Position numbers and translations under genes: made by a program
Source of the DNA: Candidatus Eremiobacteria bacterium
GTDB taxonomy: Bacteria > Vulcanimicrobiota > Vulcanimicrobiia > Vulcanimicrobiales > Vulcanimicrobiaceae
Assembly (NCBI GenBank): GCA_963758295.1
Contig: CAVWUU010000004.1
Span: forward strand, 160,001 to 224,000
DNA: 64,000 bases
Direction: 5' to 3'
In this document: positions 9,877-20,394 of the stretch, in pieces
How the letters are laid out: each line of letters starts with the position of its first letter
How positions within the stretch are numbered: position 1 is the first letter of the stretch
Notes under the pieces: generated by a model
What the model saw: only the letters and a program-made list of their open reading frames with translations
Told to the model about the DNA's origin: nothing
The model's database searches: none

Positions 9877-11442
9877 GGACGGGCTTTTCGATGCGGCGCC
9901 ATGTGGCACTTCGATCGGGTCTGGCAATGAGCTCGTACAGTGCGCCCGCGGCGACGATGACGAGCATGATCAAGAGCGTGATCCAGCCGTAGTTGAAGAT
10001 TGCCCGTCCACCCGAGAGGGGCCCCGGCCAAACGATATTGAGCAACATCAAGAACAGATACGTTGCGGCGCCAATAGTGACGATCCAACCCCAACGGCCG
10101 AGCATGAACACGCCGCTCGGCTTCCATCCGCGGATGCGCGCGACGAGCGCACCGAAGACGGTAAGGAAAAAGGCGAGATAGATTCCCGACGTCGCAAACG
10201 AAACGAGGGCATAGAGAGCGGTGACGTTTGCCGGATAGTCAAACCAAAGGATATGAATCGGCTTGCTCGGATTTACGAGAACGAGCAGCAAGAATAGGAA
10301 CGGAACGATCGCACCAACGAGGATGGCATTGACCGGCGTGCGGTGCCGCTCCGAGATCTGTTTGAGCTTTGCGCTGAAGGGAAGGCGCCGTCGCGTGCGA
10401 GCGCAAACGCCACACGTGCGCCCGCGCCTTGAACGGCGGTGCCGCAGCTGAAGAACGCGACGATGACCATGACCAAGAAGAATTGTTGCAGCCATCCAGG
10501 CAACGTTCCGAGAATCGCGTTGATACCGCCGGCTACGACCGGAGCGATTCCGGAAGAAGGCGTCGCGAGCAGCAGGCCTAGGACAAGGACGAACGACGCG
10601 ATGCCCCCGTAAAGCAGCGCATTTCGCATCGCTTTAGGAACCTGGCGCTGTGCGTCCACGGTTTCTTCGGAAATGTCCCCGGCCGATTCGAAGCCGTAGA
10701 AAATATAGACGTTAGCGAGAATGGCCACGAGAGCCGCGCTTGTCCACCAATTGCCGCCGAAATTCAAACCGAGCGGATTTTTCGTGAGCGCCTCCGCGCC
10801 TTGCGTGGTAAATGTGAATGAGAACCCTTGGTGAAAGCCGTGGATGGCAAGCGCGAGGAAAACGCCGAACGTTCCAATCGTTTCGACGTACACTCCAAAA
10901 CGCGCGACATGCCCCATGATCTTTGCGCCGACGGAATTCAAAATCGCCGAGAAGATGATTATGCCGCCCGTTATCACGAAAATTGCGGCGTTGTTTGCCG
11001 GGTTGAGATGCGTTTTAAACCAGATGTTGCAGAGCGACGTCACGTACCCCACGGCGCCCGAATCAACCGATGCGACCGTTGCCAGGAGCGCGAAACCATA
11101 GATCCACCCGACGAACCAACCGTATCGCGGCCCGACATTGTACTTCCCGTATTGATAAAGCGCGCCGGAGAGCGGATATTCGCTGGACAACTCGCCAAAC
11201 ACGAGCGCGACCAGCATCATGCATGCCACGACTACCGGAATCGTCCAGATGTACCGCGGGCCACCCGTCCCAAGCCCAAGGGTGTACAACGAATAAATGC
11301 CGACCATCGGGCTCAAGTAACTGAATGCTACGGAAAAATTGTCAAAGAGCGATAGCACTCTTGACAATTCCTGGCGGTATCCGAGCGCCGCGAGACGATC
11401 GCGCTCGCCGGTGCGATCCTTTTCGGTTAGTGCGTCGTCCAC
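9860..11442 (-). CDS. APC amino-acid/polyamine permease with one frameshift near 10384
   Basis: LGYRQELSR, ELSSEYPLSGALY, YGFESAGDISEET; ARDGA continues as LPFSAKL..RTPVNA in the adjacent frame. Confidence 0.85.
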
Positions 11443-11879
11443 GCCCAGCCGGTTATGCGCCAACCGGCTCCCACCCTTCGGAGCGCGAAGGTGAAGCGCG
11501 CCCCATTTTCAGTGACCGGCTTTCCGTGAGCTTTATACGTGAATGCTGCCGGCAATACGACATACGCGCGATCTTTCGTCACCTTGAAGTCTCGTGCCGT
11601 GCCAAGAATGACGCGAGCGCTTGTAATGCTCATAAAGTTCGCCATTCCTGTATAGGCACGCGCCCAATCGGCGCAGCCACGCGGTCCCGGCCAGACGTGC
11701 GGCGGAAAATCGTCGATAACCGACGATGTAGAATCGCACGCCGCGACGGCGCTCCGCATATTGCCGGTATTAAAGCCGTTGATGAACTGACGGATGGGCG
11801 CCATCACGCCCGATTCGCCGGAAGCGAACGCCGGTGCGGCTGTTGCAAGCACGGTGAGAAGTACAAACAAGCTTCTCAT
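11427..11879 (-). CDS. Secreted NTF2/SnoaL-like protein
   Basis: Signal peptide; IRQFINGFN, DRAYVVLP, FTFALRR..GWRI. Confidence 0.7.
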   Translation of the reverse strand: MRSLFVLLTVLATAAPAFASGESGVMAPIRQFINGFNTGNMRSAVAACDSTSSVIDDFPPHVWPGPRGCADWARAYTGMANFMSITSARVILGTARDFKVTKDRAYVVLPAAFTYKAHGKPVTENGARFTFALRRVGAGWRITGWAWTTH

Positions 11880-13075
11880 TGATACCTCAACGCCGTTTCA
11901 TAGACCCGCGAAAGGAGTTGTCCTATTTTGTCGTCTTTCGCGTTCGGCTGACTGTTCAATCCCAAAGCAATGACCATCTTTGTTTCAGGAAAGTACGCGT
12001 AGACCATGCGATAGCCGAGCGTTTCGCCCTCATAGAACCAGAACGTCCCGAGCTTCGGCATGGCTAGCTCGCCGACGCCGAGTCCGAAGCCTCGAGCGGT
12101 AGCCGATGCCTTGGCGATAGGCTTGCCGTTCTCCATAGCGACGAGTGTCTTCAAGTCTTTGCGCCCTTGATCGGTAAGCATCGGCGACTCGTAGAGTGCG
12201 CGGACCCAATCCGTAACGGCGTGCGGCGTAGCAACAATGCCGCCCGCACCTTGGGTCCATGATAGGTTGAACGAGCGAACGTCGCGTCCCAGGATCGGCG
12301 CCAACGGCCGGTTGTCGGCATCGCGGCTGTAGAAGTAGCCGGCGACCATCCGTTTCGTGATCGAAGACGGATAGAGTCCCGGTCGATAGTAGGTGTCGCG
12401 CAGATGCGGGCCGCCGTCGATAAACCGGCGATGAAATTGCACGGCGTAATCGCTGCGGGTGATGTGCTCCACGATGACCTGCGACATGAGGTATGCAGTA
12501 TTGGAATACAGCCAGCCGTCGCCGGGTTTAAAGCGCGTCTGCGGATAGACCACGCCGATCAAATGCTGTGTGCTCAAGAACTCGTAAGGATGCGCGGCAA
12601 TGTTTGCAAGCACCGACGGCACCGCATCGTACGTCGGGATGCCGCTCGTCATGTTGAGCAAGTCCCGAATCGTCACCGATTTCCAGGCGGGATACTGCGG
12701 CAGCCACTTGCCAACCGTGTCGTGGATCGAAAGCCGGCCCTCCGCCTGAAGTTGCAGCACCATCGTCGCGGTGAAGGCTTTGGTGTTGCTGCCGATCTGG
12801 AAAAGATCGGCCGGCGTAGCCGGGATTTTCCCGCCGTAGGCCGTCGTGCCGGCAGCGACGTCGAGGGTTGGATCCCCCGGTGTACGGCTGATGCTCACCG
12901 ACGCGGCCGAAATGTGTTCGATTTTCCCGCGCTGAGCCAGATATTGTTGAAGTTCCGTCTTTACGGCGTCACGCAATGGGGGGCGGGCGCCTGCGCTTGG
13001 TTGCGCGGCGATGAGACCGAGAAGCAAGCAGGCAATACCGGCGCGAATGAAAGCAACAGGGGGCAAGACATCCAC
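11876..13075 (-). CDS. Serine hydrolase, beta-lactamase/D-Ala-D-Ala carboxypeptidase family
   Basis: SxxK (IGSNTK), LLNMTSGI, YSN. Confidence 0.9.
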   Translation of the reverse strand: MDVLPPVAFIRAGIACLLLGLIAAQPSAGARPPLRDAVKTELQQYLAQRGKIEHISAASVSISRTPGDPTLDVAAGTTAYGGKIPATPADLFQIGSNTKAFTATMVLQLQAEGRLSIHDTVGKWLPQYPAWKSVTIRDLLNMTSGIPTYDAVPSVLANIAAHPYEFLSTQHLIGVVYPQTRFKPGDGWLYSNTAYLMSQVIVEHITRSDYAVQFHRRFIDGGPHLRDTYYRPGLYPSSITKRMVAGYFYSRDADNRPLAPILGRDVRSFNLSWTQGAGGIVATPHAVTDWVRALYESPMLTDQGRKDLKTLVAMENGKPIAKASATARGFGLGVGELAMPKLGTFWFYEGETLGYRMVYAYFPETKMVIALGLNSQPNAKDDKIGQLLSRVYETALRYQ

Positions 13076-13122
13076 CTCCGCGGCAAAGCATCGTTGTAGC
13101 CGTTATACCATGGGAAGCGAGC

Positions 13123-13485
13123 CTACTGGAATGCGTTCGCCGTGATCTCGCCCTTCATCCAGGAATGATAGGTGCATACGTACTTGTAGGTTCCGGCGCG
13201 GTCGAACTTATAGCGCCAGCCTTTGCCGGCTTGCAAATCGCCGGACTTAAAATTATCCGCCGTGACGTTGTGAGTTATTTCGTCATCGTTCACAAAAAGG
13301 ACGGTCTGGCCGACCGTAATCGTGGCTGATTGGGGATCGAAGGCCGAACCCCGCATGTGCACGGTGAGAGCGGGCTGTTGACTCCCGGAGGTACCGGTAT
13401 CGCTCCTGGCGGACGCGACGCTTACAAACGCGGCCAGCAGGGCGATCGGCAGTACGGCCATTTTCAGGCTCTTCATGCTCTTCAT
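13123..13485 (-). CDS. Cupredoxin (plastocyanin/amicyanin-like)
   Basis: Signal peptide; type-1 Cu ligands HNV and YVCTYHSWM. Confidence 0.9.
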   Translation of the reverse strand: MKSMKSLKMAVLPIALLAAFVSVASARSDTGTSGSQQPALTVHMRGSAFDPQSATITVGQTVLFVNDDEITHNVTADNFKSGDLQAGKGWRYKFDRAGTYKYVCTYHSWMKGEITANAFQ

Positions 13486-13580
13486 GCTTCTTACATGCTC
13501 CCTAGCTTTCTAGAAAAATGCACGATAGCGTGAGAACGTGAAAATGGCATAAACGCACGAGTCCGTGGTGACCATGCCTG

Positions 13581-14480
13581 TTAGTGTCGGCGCAGCGTTT
13601 CTAGCTCTTCCAGGGTGCGCGGCCAGTCGAATCCGAGGACGCGCGAAAGAGCGCGATCGGCGAGAAGTTTTCCGCCGTTTTGGCAGGCTGCGCAATAGTT
13701 CGTTTCATTATCGGCATACCGGATACGCTGAATTTTTGCACCACAGCGCGGACACGGCTGCTCGTACTTTCCGTGTACGGCCATGTTTTTATGGAACGCC
13801 GTCACTTTTTCGGGAAAATTCCCGTTCGACTCCGCTCGCAGCCGGTCGACCCAAAGATGTAATGTTTGCTGCGTTGCATCGTAGAGCCGGCGCCATTGCT
13901 CGCTGGACAATTTCTGCGTAAGCGCGATTGGCGAGAGCTGCGCTGCATGAAGGATTTCGTCGGAGTACGCGTTACCGATGCCGCTCAGAAACCGCGGATC
14001 GGTCAACGCTCTTTTGAGCGTTCGATTTTCGCGGGTTAGTGCGTCGCGAAATTGATTCAAAGTGCTGGCAAATACGTCGATGCCGCCGGGGTCGATTTGC
14101 AGAAGGGCCGCCTCACCCCGAACCGCGGACAACGCCGCTCGGTGCTTTGAACCGGCTTCCGTTAGCACAAGGGAGCCATTCGGAAAATCGAATGCCGCAA
14201 GCGACGCTCGTCCGCTCAACGGTGCGCCGGCATCTCTCCAATGCAGACGTCCGGCAATCATCAGGTGCAGCACCAGCCAAAGGTCTCCGTCGAATCCGAT
14301 GGCAATGCGTTTTCCGACGCGGCGTAATCGTCGAACCACTGCGCCTTCAAATTGCGAGAGCGGAGGTTCGGCGGTTCGCAACAGAAATGGGTTCCCGATT
14401 CTTACGCGTTCGAGGCGCTGGCCGACGATTCGGCTGTTCAACGCATCGAGGTAAGTCTCGATATCGGGAAGCTCGGGCAT
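13581..14480 (-). CDS. Fpg/Nei-family DNA glycosylase/AP lyase
   Basis: MPELP, HLMIAG, H2TH GIGNAYSDEILH, zinc finger CPRCG...CAACQ. Confidence 0.92.
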   Translation of the reverse strand: MPELPDIETYLDALNSRIVGQRLERVRIGNPFLLRTAEPPLSQFEGAVVRRLRRVGKRIAIGFDGDLWLVLHLMIAGRLHWRDAGAPLSGRASLAAFDFPNGSLVLTEAGSKHRAALSAVRGEAALLQIDPGGIDVFASTLNQFRDALTRENRTLKRALTDPRFLSGIGNAYSDEILHAAQLSPIALTQKLSSEQWRRLYDATQQTLHLWVDRLRAESNGNFPEKVTAFHKNMAVHGKYEQPCPRCGAKIQRIRYADNETNYCAACQNGGKLLADRALSRVLGFDWPRTLEELETLRRH

Positions 14481-14481
14481 C

Positions 14482-14940
14482 TCAGAATGCCGGCAGCGAC
14501 GGCTTCAAAATCATTAGGACAAACGCGATGAAAGGGAAGACGAGCGCAATCGTTCCCCACAAATTCCACGCGGTGGATTGCCGTTCGTAGTCGATCATAT
14601 TGCCGCCATGAGCCGCGATTGAAAGTTGCCGTTGCGCGCGCGAGAGCGGCCCAAACGCGAGGCCCGAGATAATAAAGGCGACGATAGCCCAGAGCAGCCA
14701 ACCCGTGGAGAGAATCGGAATGTGGCCCACAACCGCTGCGCCGATCCCGCCGATCAACAAGATGACGATCCCGGGAATCGTAAAGATGCGATCGGCGTGG
14801 ATGATGGAATCCATTGTGTACGCCATGACGACCGGGTTCTGCGTGCGGTCCGCGCTGCGCTTCCAAAGCACGCCGACGGTGATGTTTCCGAGGAATAGCA
14901 GAACTCCGATGAGGTGCACGAGCTTCAAAAAGAGATACAT
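14482..14940 (-). CDS. DUF2269-like membrane protein
   Basis: [15 protein letters not shown], four TM segments, C-terminal LMILKP. Confidence 0.75.
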   Translation of the reverse strand: MYLFLKLVHLIGVLLFLGNITVGVLWKRSADRTQNPVVMAYTMDSIIHADRIFTIPGIVILLIGGIGAAVVGHIPILSTGWLLWAIVAFIISGLAFGPLSRAQRQLSIAAHGGNMIDYERQSTAWNLWGTIALVFPFIAFVLMILKPSLPAF

Positions 14941-15126
14941 GGGCGCTCCTCTGGTGGAACTCGTCGAGTGGAATTCATTCGTCCAACGACGGAAAATCGC
15001 TTTTGTGAGCGAGTCCCCGGGCTAGGAACCGCCATACCTGCCCAGCTCTGGTCGCGTAACGGGGCTCTCGGTTCCGCTATACCGCTCGGAAGGAACGGCG
15101 CGGCGCCTTCCGGGTAAAGAGTCGCG

Positions 15127-16189
15127 GTGAGTGGTTCTAGCGATTCGGGATTCGTGCGCGTGCGCGGGGCTCGCGAACATAATCTGAAAGACGTCGATTT
15201 GGAGATTCCGCGTGATGCGCTCGTGGTATTTACGGGTGTTTCCGGATCAGGGAAATCCTCGCTTGCGTTCAGCACGCTTTATGCCGAAGCCCAGCGGCGG
15301 TATCTGGAATCGGTTTCGCCGTATGCGCGACGCCTCTTCAATCAGATGTCCGTGCCCGACGTTGACGAGATCGACGGGTTACCGCCGGCCGTTGCTTTGC
15401 AGCAACAACGCGGCACGCCCACGACTCGTTCCTCCGTGGGCAGCGTCACGACCCTTTTCAATCTCCTGCGCATGTTGTATTCGCGCGCCGGCGCCTATCC
15501 ACCGAAGCAACCCCATCTCGAAGCGGAAGCGTTTTCGCCCAACACGCCGGCCGGAGCTTGCCCGCGCTGCCACGGCTTAGGGCGTATCTACGATGCGACG
15601 GAAGAGTCGATGGTGCCGGATCGATCGCTCACCATTCGGGAACGTGCCATCGCCGCGTGGCCACTTGCATGGCACGGGCAAAACTTGCGCGATATCGCGA
15701 CGACGTTGGGGATCGATGTCGACAAGCCGTGGAAAGACTTGCCGAAAAAGAATCGCGACTGGTTGCTGTTCACCGAGGAGCAGCCGACGGTACCCGTCTA
15801 TGCTGGTTTCACGCCTCCCGAAGTGCGCCGCGCACTCAAACGCAAAGAAGAACCGAGCTACATGGGCACCTTCACGAGTGCCCGGCGTCACGTGATGCAA
15901 ACCTTCGCGAGGAGACACCCTGTACGTTCTCGATGAACCGACAACCGGATTGCATCCATCGGACGCCGATAAGCTCGTAACGCTGCTCCACGGATTGGTC
16001 GACTCCCGCAACACGGTTATCGTCGTGGAACACGAAATGCGCGTTGTCGCGGGCAGCGATTGGGTTATCGATATCGGTCCGGGTGCCGGCGAGGAAGGCG
16101 GCCGGGTCGTAGTCTGCAGCCCACCCGAGGACGTAGCGCGCTCATCGGAGAGTCGAACGGCACCCTATATGCGCAGCTTTATGGCGTGA
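15127..16189 (+). pseudogene. uvrA: UvrA-like (UvrA2-type) ATPase with a large internal deletion
   Basis: [10 protein letters not shown], Walker [18 protein letters not shown]; at about 15908 it jumps out of frame to terminal TLYVLDEPTTGLH..VVEH..DWVIDIGPGAGEEGG. Confidence 0.85.
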
Positions 16190-16192
16190 CGA

Positions 16193-17179
16193 TTATATCC
16201 AGCGCTTGCGCTTAAAGAATGCCAGGAGGACGCCGAGTGTGAGCAATTGTGAGCCGACGCCAAAAATCAAAAACGATTGCTCGGACGAGATAATGTTCAC
16301 GAGATGCGCGAAATTTTGGCCGAAGAAGCCCGTAATGAAGCTGAGGGGCAAAAAGATCGTCGCGATAATCGTCAGCTGGCGCGTTACCTCGGCTTGACGC
16401 TGCGCGGCAAGGCCCAAATGCAGCTCGAGCGTCCCATTCACCACGTCCTGCGCAGCATCAAGCTGGCTCATCACGCGACGGATATGATCGTCGATGTCGC
16501 GATAGTAGGGCGCTTCTTTCGCTTCTAGGAATTGCGCGTCGCCGCGTATGAACGGGACGAGGATATCGCGCATAGGAGCGACGTGCCGGCGTATGGTTTG
16601 AACGGATCGCCGCGCTTCAAAGATTTGTACTAGTGTGAGGTTGGTCGTCGCTCGCGCTTCGGTTATTGAGTCTTCAAGGCTGGCCACGCGAGTTTCGACG
16701 GCTTCGGTGATGGCGGAGTAGCCGTCGACGATCGTATCGAGAATTTGGTAAAGCAGCGTTCCTGGTCCGCAAGATAGCGTGTCGGGTTGGTGTTCCCAAC
16801 GCCGCAGAATTTCATCAAGCGGGTATGCGGGAGAATTTCGAACGGTAATAACGAATTGCCGGCTCGCAAAAATGGCCATTTCATGCAACGTTAGTGTCGC
16901 ACCGGATGCGGAGAGCGCATGCACGATAACAAACCAATAGGAATCATAGGTTTCGATCTTCGGACGCTCATGGCCAACCACGGCGTCTTCTACGGCAAGC
17001 GGATGAAGCCCGAATTCTTCCTGAAGAAGCGAAAGGTCTTGGACGGAAGGCGCTACGGCATCGAACCAGACAAATGTGCCTCCCGCATGCAGAAGGTCGC
17101 TAATGCGAGCAAAATCTTCCGGCCCTGGAATAGGCTTGCCGTCACGATAGACGCGCAGCTTCATTGCATCGAGAGACAT
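16193..17179 (-). CDS. corA: CorA-family divalent cation transporter
   Basis: FGLHPLAVED...RPKIE, LTIIATIFLPLSFITGFFGQN, two C-terminal TM segments; SD GGAGG. Confidence 0.9.
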   Translation of the reverse strand: MSLDAMKLRVYRDGKPIPGPEDFARISDLLHAGGTFVWFDAVAPSVQDLSLLQEEFGLHPLAVEDAVVGHERPKIETYDSYWFVIVHALSASGATLTLHEMAIFASRQFVITVRNSPAYPLDEILRRWEHQPDTLSCGPGTLLYQILDTIVDGYSAITEAVETRVASLEDSITEARATTNLTLVQIFEARRSVQTIRRHVAPMRDILVPFIRGDAQFLEAKEAPYYRDIDDHIRRVMSQLDAAQDVVNGTLELHLGLAAQRQAEVTRQLTIIATIFLPLSFITGFFGQNFAHLVNIISSEQSFLIFGVGSQLLTLGVLLAFFKRKRWI

Positions 17180-17252
17180 CCGCTCCTCCGTGGATCCTAT
17201 ATCCCCGAGATGCGCTCTCTTTCCCGTCGCGCCGCTCATTTCCGAGCTTTTT

Positions 17253-17333
17253 TGTGATGGATGTTTCGTAAGAAGCACAAGGGACAGTCGGGATAGATTT
17301 CGGCTTGTGCGAAGAATACGAACCTCCATCACA
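17253..17333 (+). other. 81-nt multi-stem inverted repeat, putative structured RNA
   Basis: Nested arms TGTGATGGA/TCCATCACA, TTCGTA/TACGAA, GCACAAG/CTTGTGC. Confidence 0.5.
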
Positions 17334-17370
17334 CGGGTTCGCCGATAGGAGATGGTGGTTCGAAAGCTTG

Positions 17371-18360
17371 TTGAATCGAAAATCGTTCCTCGCGTCCGCC
17401 GCCGGAACGGCAGCTGCGGCGGCTGCTCTTCCTGCCGGTGCTGAAGCGCAGATGCATCCCTCGCCGGTCTTTGTAAACACGTGGAGCGACAGTTTCCCGT
17501 ACTTGCACATCGCCGGTGATGTCTTGGCAAAAACGGGTTCGCTAATGGGAGCCATCGAGAGGACCATCAATGCGGTAGAAAATGACCCGAACATTCATAC
17601 GGTGGGCTACGGCGGCTACCCAAACGAAGATGGCGAGGTCGAACTCGATGCAGCCATTATGAGCGGCACCCTTCACCGGGCAGGGAGCGTGTGCAATCTG
17701 CACTCGATCAAGAATCCGATTTCCGTTGCGCGGGCGCTGATGGAGAATACGCGCCACACCACGATTGCCGGCGCCGGCGCGCTAAAGTTTGCTCGCGAGA
17801 TGGGATTCAAAGAAACGAATCTGCTGACCCCCGACGCCCGTGCGGCCTGGGAAGCGTGGAAGCGCGATCCGCACCATCAAACCTACTGGCTGCCCGGCCA
17901 CTCACCCACGAGCAAAGTGAACCACGATACTGTCGGTCTACTCGGGTACGACGGCAAAGGTCATGTAGCAGCGGGCTGTTCGACAAGCGGTGTCGCGTGG
18001 AAGATCCCGGGCCGCGTAGCCGACTCGTCATTGGTCGGATCCGGGCTCTATGCAGATGACAATGTCGGTGCGGCCTCGGCGACCGGCGATGGCGATGTGA
18101 TGACCAATTACTGTTTAAGCTTTTCGATCGTCATGTTAATGGGACGCGGCCTTTCGCCGCAACAGGCGTGCGAGGATAGCCTCCGGCATATGGCACGCAC
18201 CGATCCGATGTCGAGCCAGGTTCAAGCTGCGGTTATTGCGATCGACAATCGCGGTAACGTGGGCTCCGCACAGATGCGCGCGGACTCGCAGTTTCATTAC
18301 GGCGTGTGGCGGGACGGAAAGAGCACGCTGCACGCCGCTCCGGCGATTATCACGGGATAA
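17371..18360 (+). CDS. Glycosylasparaginase / asparaginase-2 family Ntn hydrolase with Tat-like signal
   Basis: VGYGGYPN.DGEVELDA, autocleavage HD|TVG, STSG...KIPGRVADS, ATGDGD; N-terminus NRKSFL..AAA. Confidence 0.88.
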   Translation: MNRKSFLASAAGTAAAAAALPAGAEAQMHPSPVFVNTWSDSFPYLHIAGDVLAKTGSLMGAIERTINAVENDPNIHTVGYGGYPNEDGEVELDAAIMSGTLHRAGSVCNLHSIKNPISVARALMENTRHTTIAGAGALKFAREMGFKETNLLTPDARAAWEAWKRDPHHQTYWLPGHSPTSKVNHDTVGLLGYDGKGHVAAGCSTSGVAWKIPGRVADSSLVGSGLYADDNVGAASATGDGDVMTNYCLSFSIVMLMGRGLSPQQACEDSLRHMARTDPMSSQVQAAVIAIDNRGNVGSAQMRADSQFHYGVWRDGKSTLHAAPAIITG

Positions 18361-18444
18361 AGGCCAGGACGTATAAGCCTTAAAGAACGATTCAGGCTTC
18401 CGCGAGCGGCCTTCTAACTGCTTCGGTTTGCGATCCTAATTCCG

Positions 18445-20280
18445 TTAGCCATGTATTGGGTTCTTCACGCTAAGCTGGCTCTCACCGTCGCCAATACCGC
18501 TAACCGCGGCGATGCGCTCTAGGACGCGTGGAGCTTCGGCGCCAAGGCTTGCATAAGCGCGAATCAGTTCTTGCACTTCCCGTATCTGCACTTGCAAACG
18601 CTGCATGAGGATCACGTCGAGTTGCACGGCGACGTGTTCGAGCGCGTAGCTCATGGCCTCCATCTCGTCCGGGGTGTATGTTTCTCGAACACGGCGGCTG
18701 CCGCACGCAGCGAAGCCGATCAGTTCGCCTCGCGCAAGCATCGGGAATACAAGCTCAGCCGTAATGGTAGACTTGCCGTCATGCACAAATTGCGGAGTGC
18801 GCATATCTTTGAGCGCGAGTATGGTCGGATCGTCGCGAGAAATACGCGGAAGCGCAGAGCCTTCCGGCCAACTAGCGCCCATCGTAAAGTCGCCGTCGCT
18901 CCGCGCCAAGTAGAGCGCAGCGTGTTCCGCTCTTGCGTACTCGGTGAGCGCCAACACGGTGCGTTGTTGCAGCGTTGCTTCATCCTTGATGAAGGCGGCC
19001 TGACGCCCGAATGAGCGAAGCGCCTCTTCGGCTTCGTATCGTGCGCGGAAGATCAGGCGGTCGGCGAAGCCGTCGACGTGCCGGTGGAGGGTGCGCATTC
19101 CAACGCCGATTGCAAGGGCTGAGCCAAGCGTGATGATCGTTCCGGTCAAGCGCGAGTACGATTCTACATAGTGGCCAACAAGGTACTCGACTAAAACAAA
19201 CAGCGCGACGATGCTTGTTGAAAGCATTCCAAAGACCGCCGCTCGATTAACCGCAAATGTGAGATCTAGTACGCGATACCGGAAAAACGCATACACAATG
19301 CAGACAATTCCCACGACCTCGCCGAGGTTGGAAAGAGTATCCCCGAGATCGGTAAAGGCGCCCCCTGCGGATGTGAACAGTGAAGGGAACCACGTTACTG
19401 ACGTGTATGAGTACGCGATGCAGGCCATACCAAGAGCAAGCCATTCAAGCCTCAAACGGTCCAACTGCATCGAAGTGCGGAAGTCTAGAATAAGTGCCGC
19501 AATCGCGAATGCTCCGTAGACGGAGGGACAGCCGTAGTTTTGGAGGGCGACTAACACCTTGCCGGAGACGTGCGGCTCGAACCCGTTTAACGCGTGCATC
19601 ATCGATGCGAGCGTGAGGAAGAACGCTATCAAACCAAAAGCGGTAGCGACTCGCGCAATCGTACGTCTGCCATCCGTTGGATAGCGGTTTGGAAACCAGC
19701 AGCAGAAGAGTACGAGGAAGAGCAGAATGACCGGCAGCGGGGCCTCGCCCATGGTATAACCAAAGGCCAGGCCGAAAAAACGCGATCCGGAATTCCCGAA
19801 CGTTTCAATGCTATCGAGCAGCAGAAATAAGCCAAATGCACGTGCAGCTCGATCTGCCGGCCGGGACCAGAACAGGCCCAATGCGAGCAGCAGACAGAGG
19901 AGGCGCAATACGTGTGAGGATATGCGCGCCGGCGAGAAAATCGTGGGAATGGGCGTTGCGGTAACGCTGATGCCTCTGCTCAAGCGCTCATCGTAAAAAG
20001 ACAAATGCTGTCCGGCGCGTGCAACGCCGGCTGCGCCGGGTCCGGTGGAGTTTTCAATTCGGAACCACGCCGCATCGATCCGATCGCCGGCCTTGACCCC
20101 GGCGGAGGCGGCGCTGCTCCCCGGAAAAACGTTGTTTACAATGGCTTGCCGGTCTGAGACCGCATCATAAGTAAAACCGACATCCGGGAAGCGGTCCCGA
20201 TCGAAAAGGTCGACAAATGCAACGAACAGCGCAAATACCGCCGCCAGCGTCAGAAAGTAGCGCCAGAGTGCTGAGCTCAT
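18445..20280 (-). CDS. PDZ + multi-TM + GAF membrane sensor-like protein with no output domain (copy 1)
   Basis: PDZ VFPGSSAASAGVKAGDRI, about 9 TM segments, GAF FPMLARGELIG...ETYTPDE; SD GGGAG. Confidence 0.75.
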   Translation of the reverse strand: MSSALWRYFLTLAAVFALFVAFVDLFDRDRFPDVGFTYDAVSDRQAIVNNVFPGSSAASAGVKAGDRIDAAWFRIENSTGPGAAGVARAGQHLSFYDERLSRGISVTATPIPTIFSPARISSHVLRLLCLLLALGLFWSRPADRAARAFGLFLLLDSIETFGNSGSRFFGLAFGYTMGEAPLPVILLFLVLFCCWFPNRYPTDGRRTIARVATAFGLIAFFLTLASMMHALNGFEPHVSGKVLVALQNYGCPSVYGAFAIAALILDFRTSMQLDRLRLEWLALGMACIAYSYTSVTWFPSLFTSAGGAFTDLGDTLSNLGEVVGIVCIVYAFFRYRVLDLTFAVNRAAVFGMLSTSIVALFVLVEYLVGHYVESYSRLTGTIITLGSALAIGVGMRTLHRHVDGFADRLIFRARYEAEEALRSFGRQAAFIKDEATLQQRTVLALTEYARAEHAALYLARSDGDFTMGASWPEGSALPRISRDDPTILALKDMRTPQFVHDGKSTITAELVFPMLARGELIGFAACGSRRVRETYTPDEMEAMSYALEHVAVQLDVILMQRLQVQIREVQELIRAYASLGAEAPRVLERIAAVSGIGDGESQLSVKNPIHG

Positions 20281-20394
20281 CGGTGCTTCTCCCGCGATAG
20301 GACCCGCCAGTTCATCTTGCCGCATCCGGGTTAATAAACGCAAGGTCCGCGCTAGTGCAAGTGCATCACACGACTCATCGTCGGGTTTGCGCCA

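Noticed and set aside
10375..10390. True pseudogenisation of the APC permease
   Set aside because: A single-base loss in an otherwise intact gene; likely a consensus error given the other indels
17310..17335. Fluoride riboswitch (minus strand begins GTGATGGAGGTTCG)
   Set aside because: Downstream pseudoknot elements are absent; the sequence pairs within the long hairpin instead
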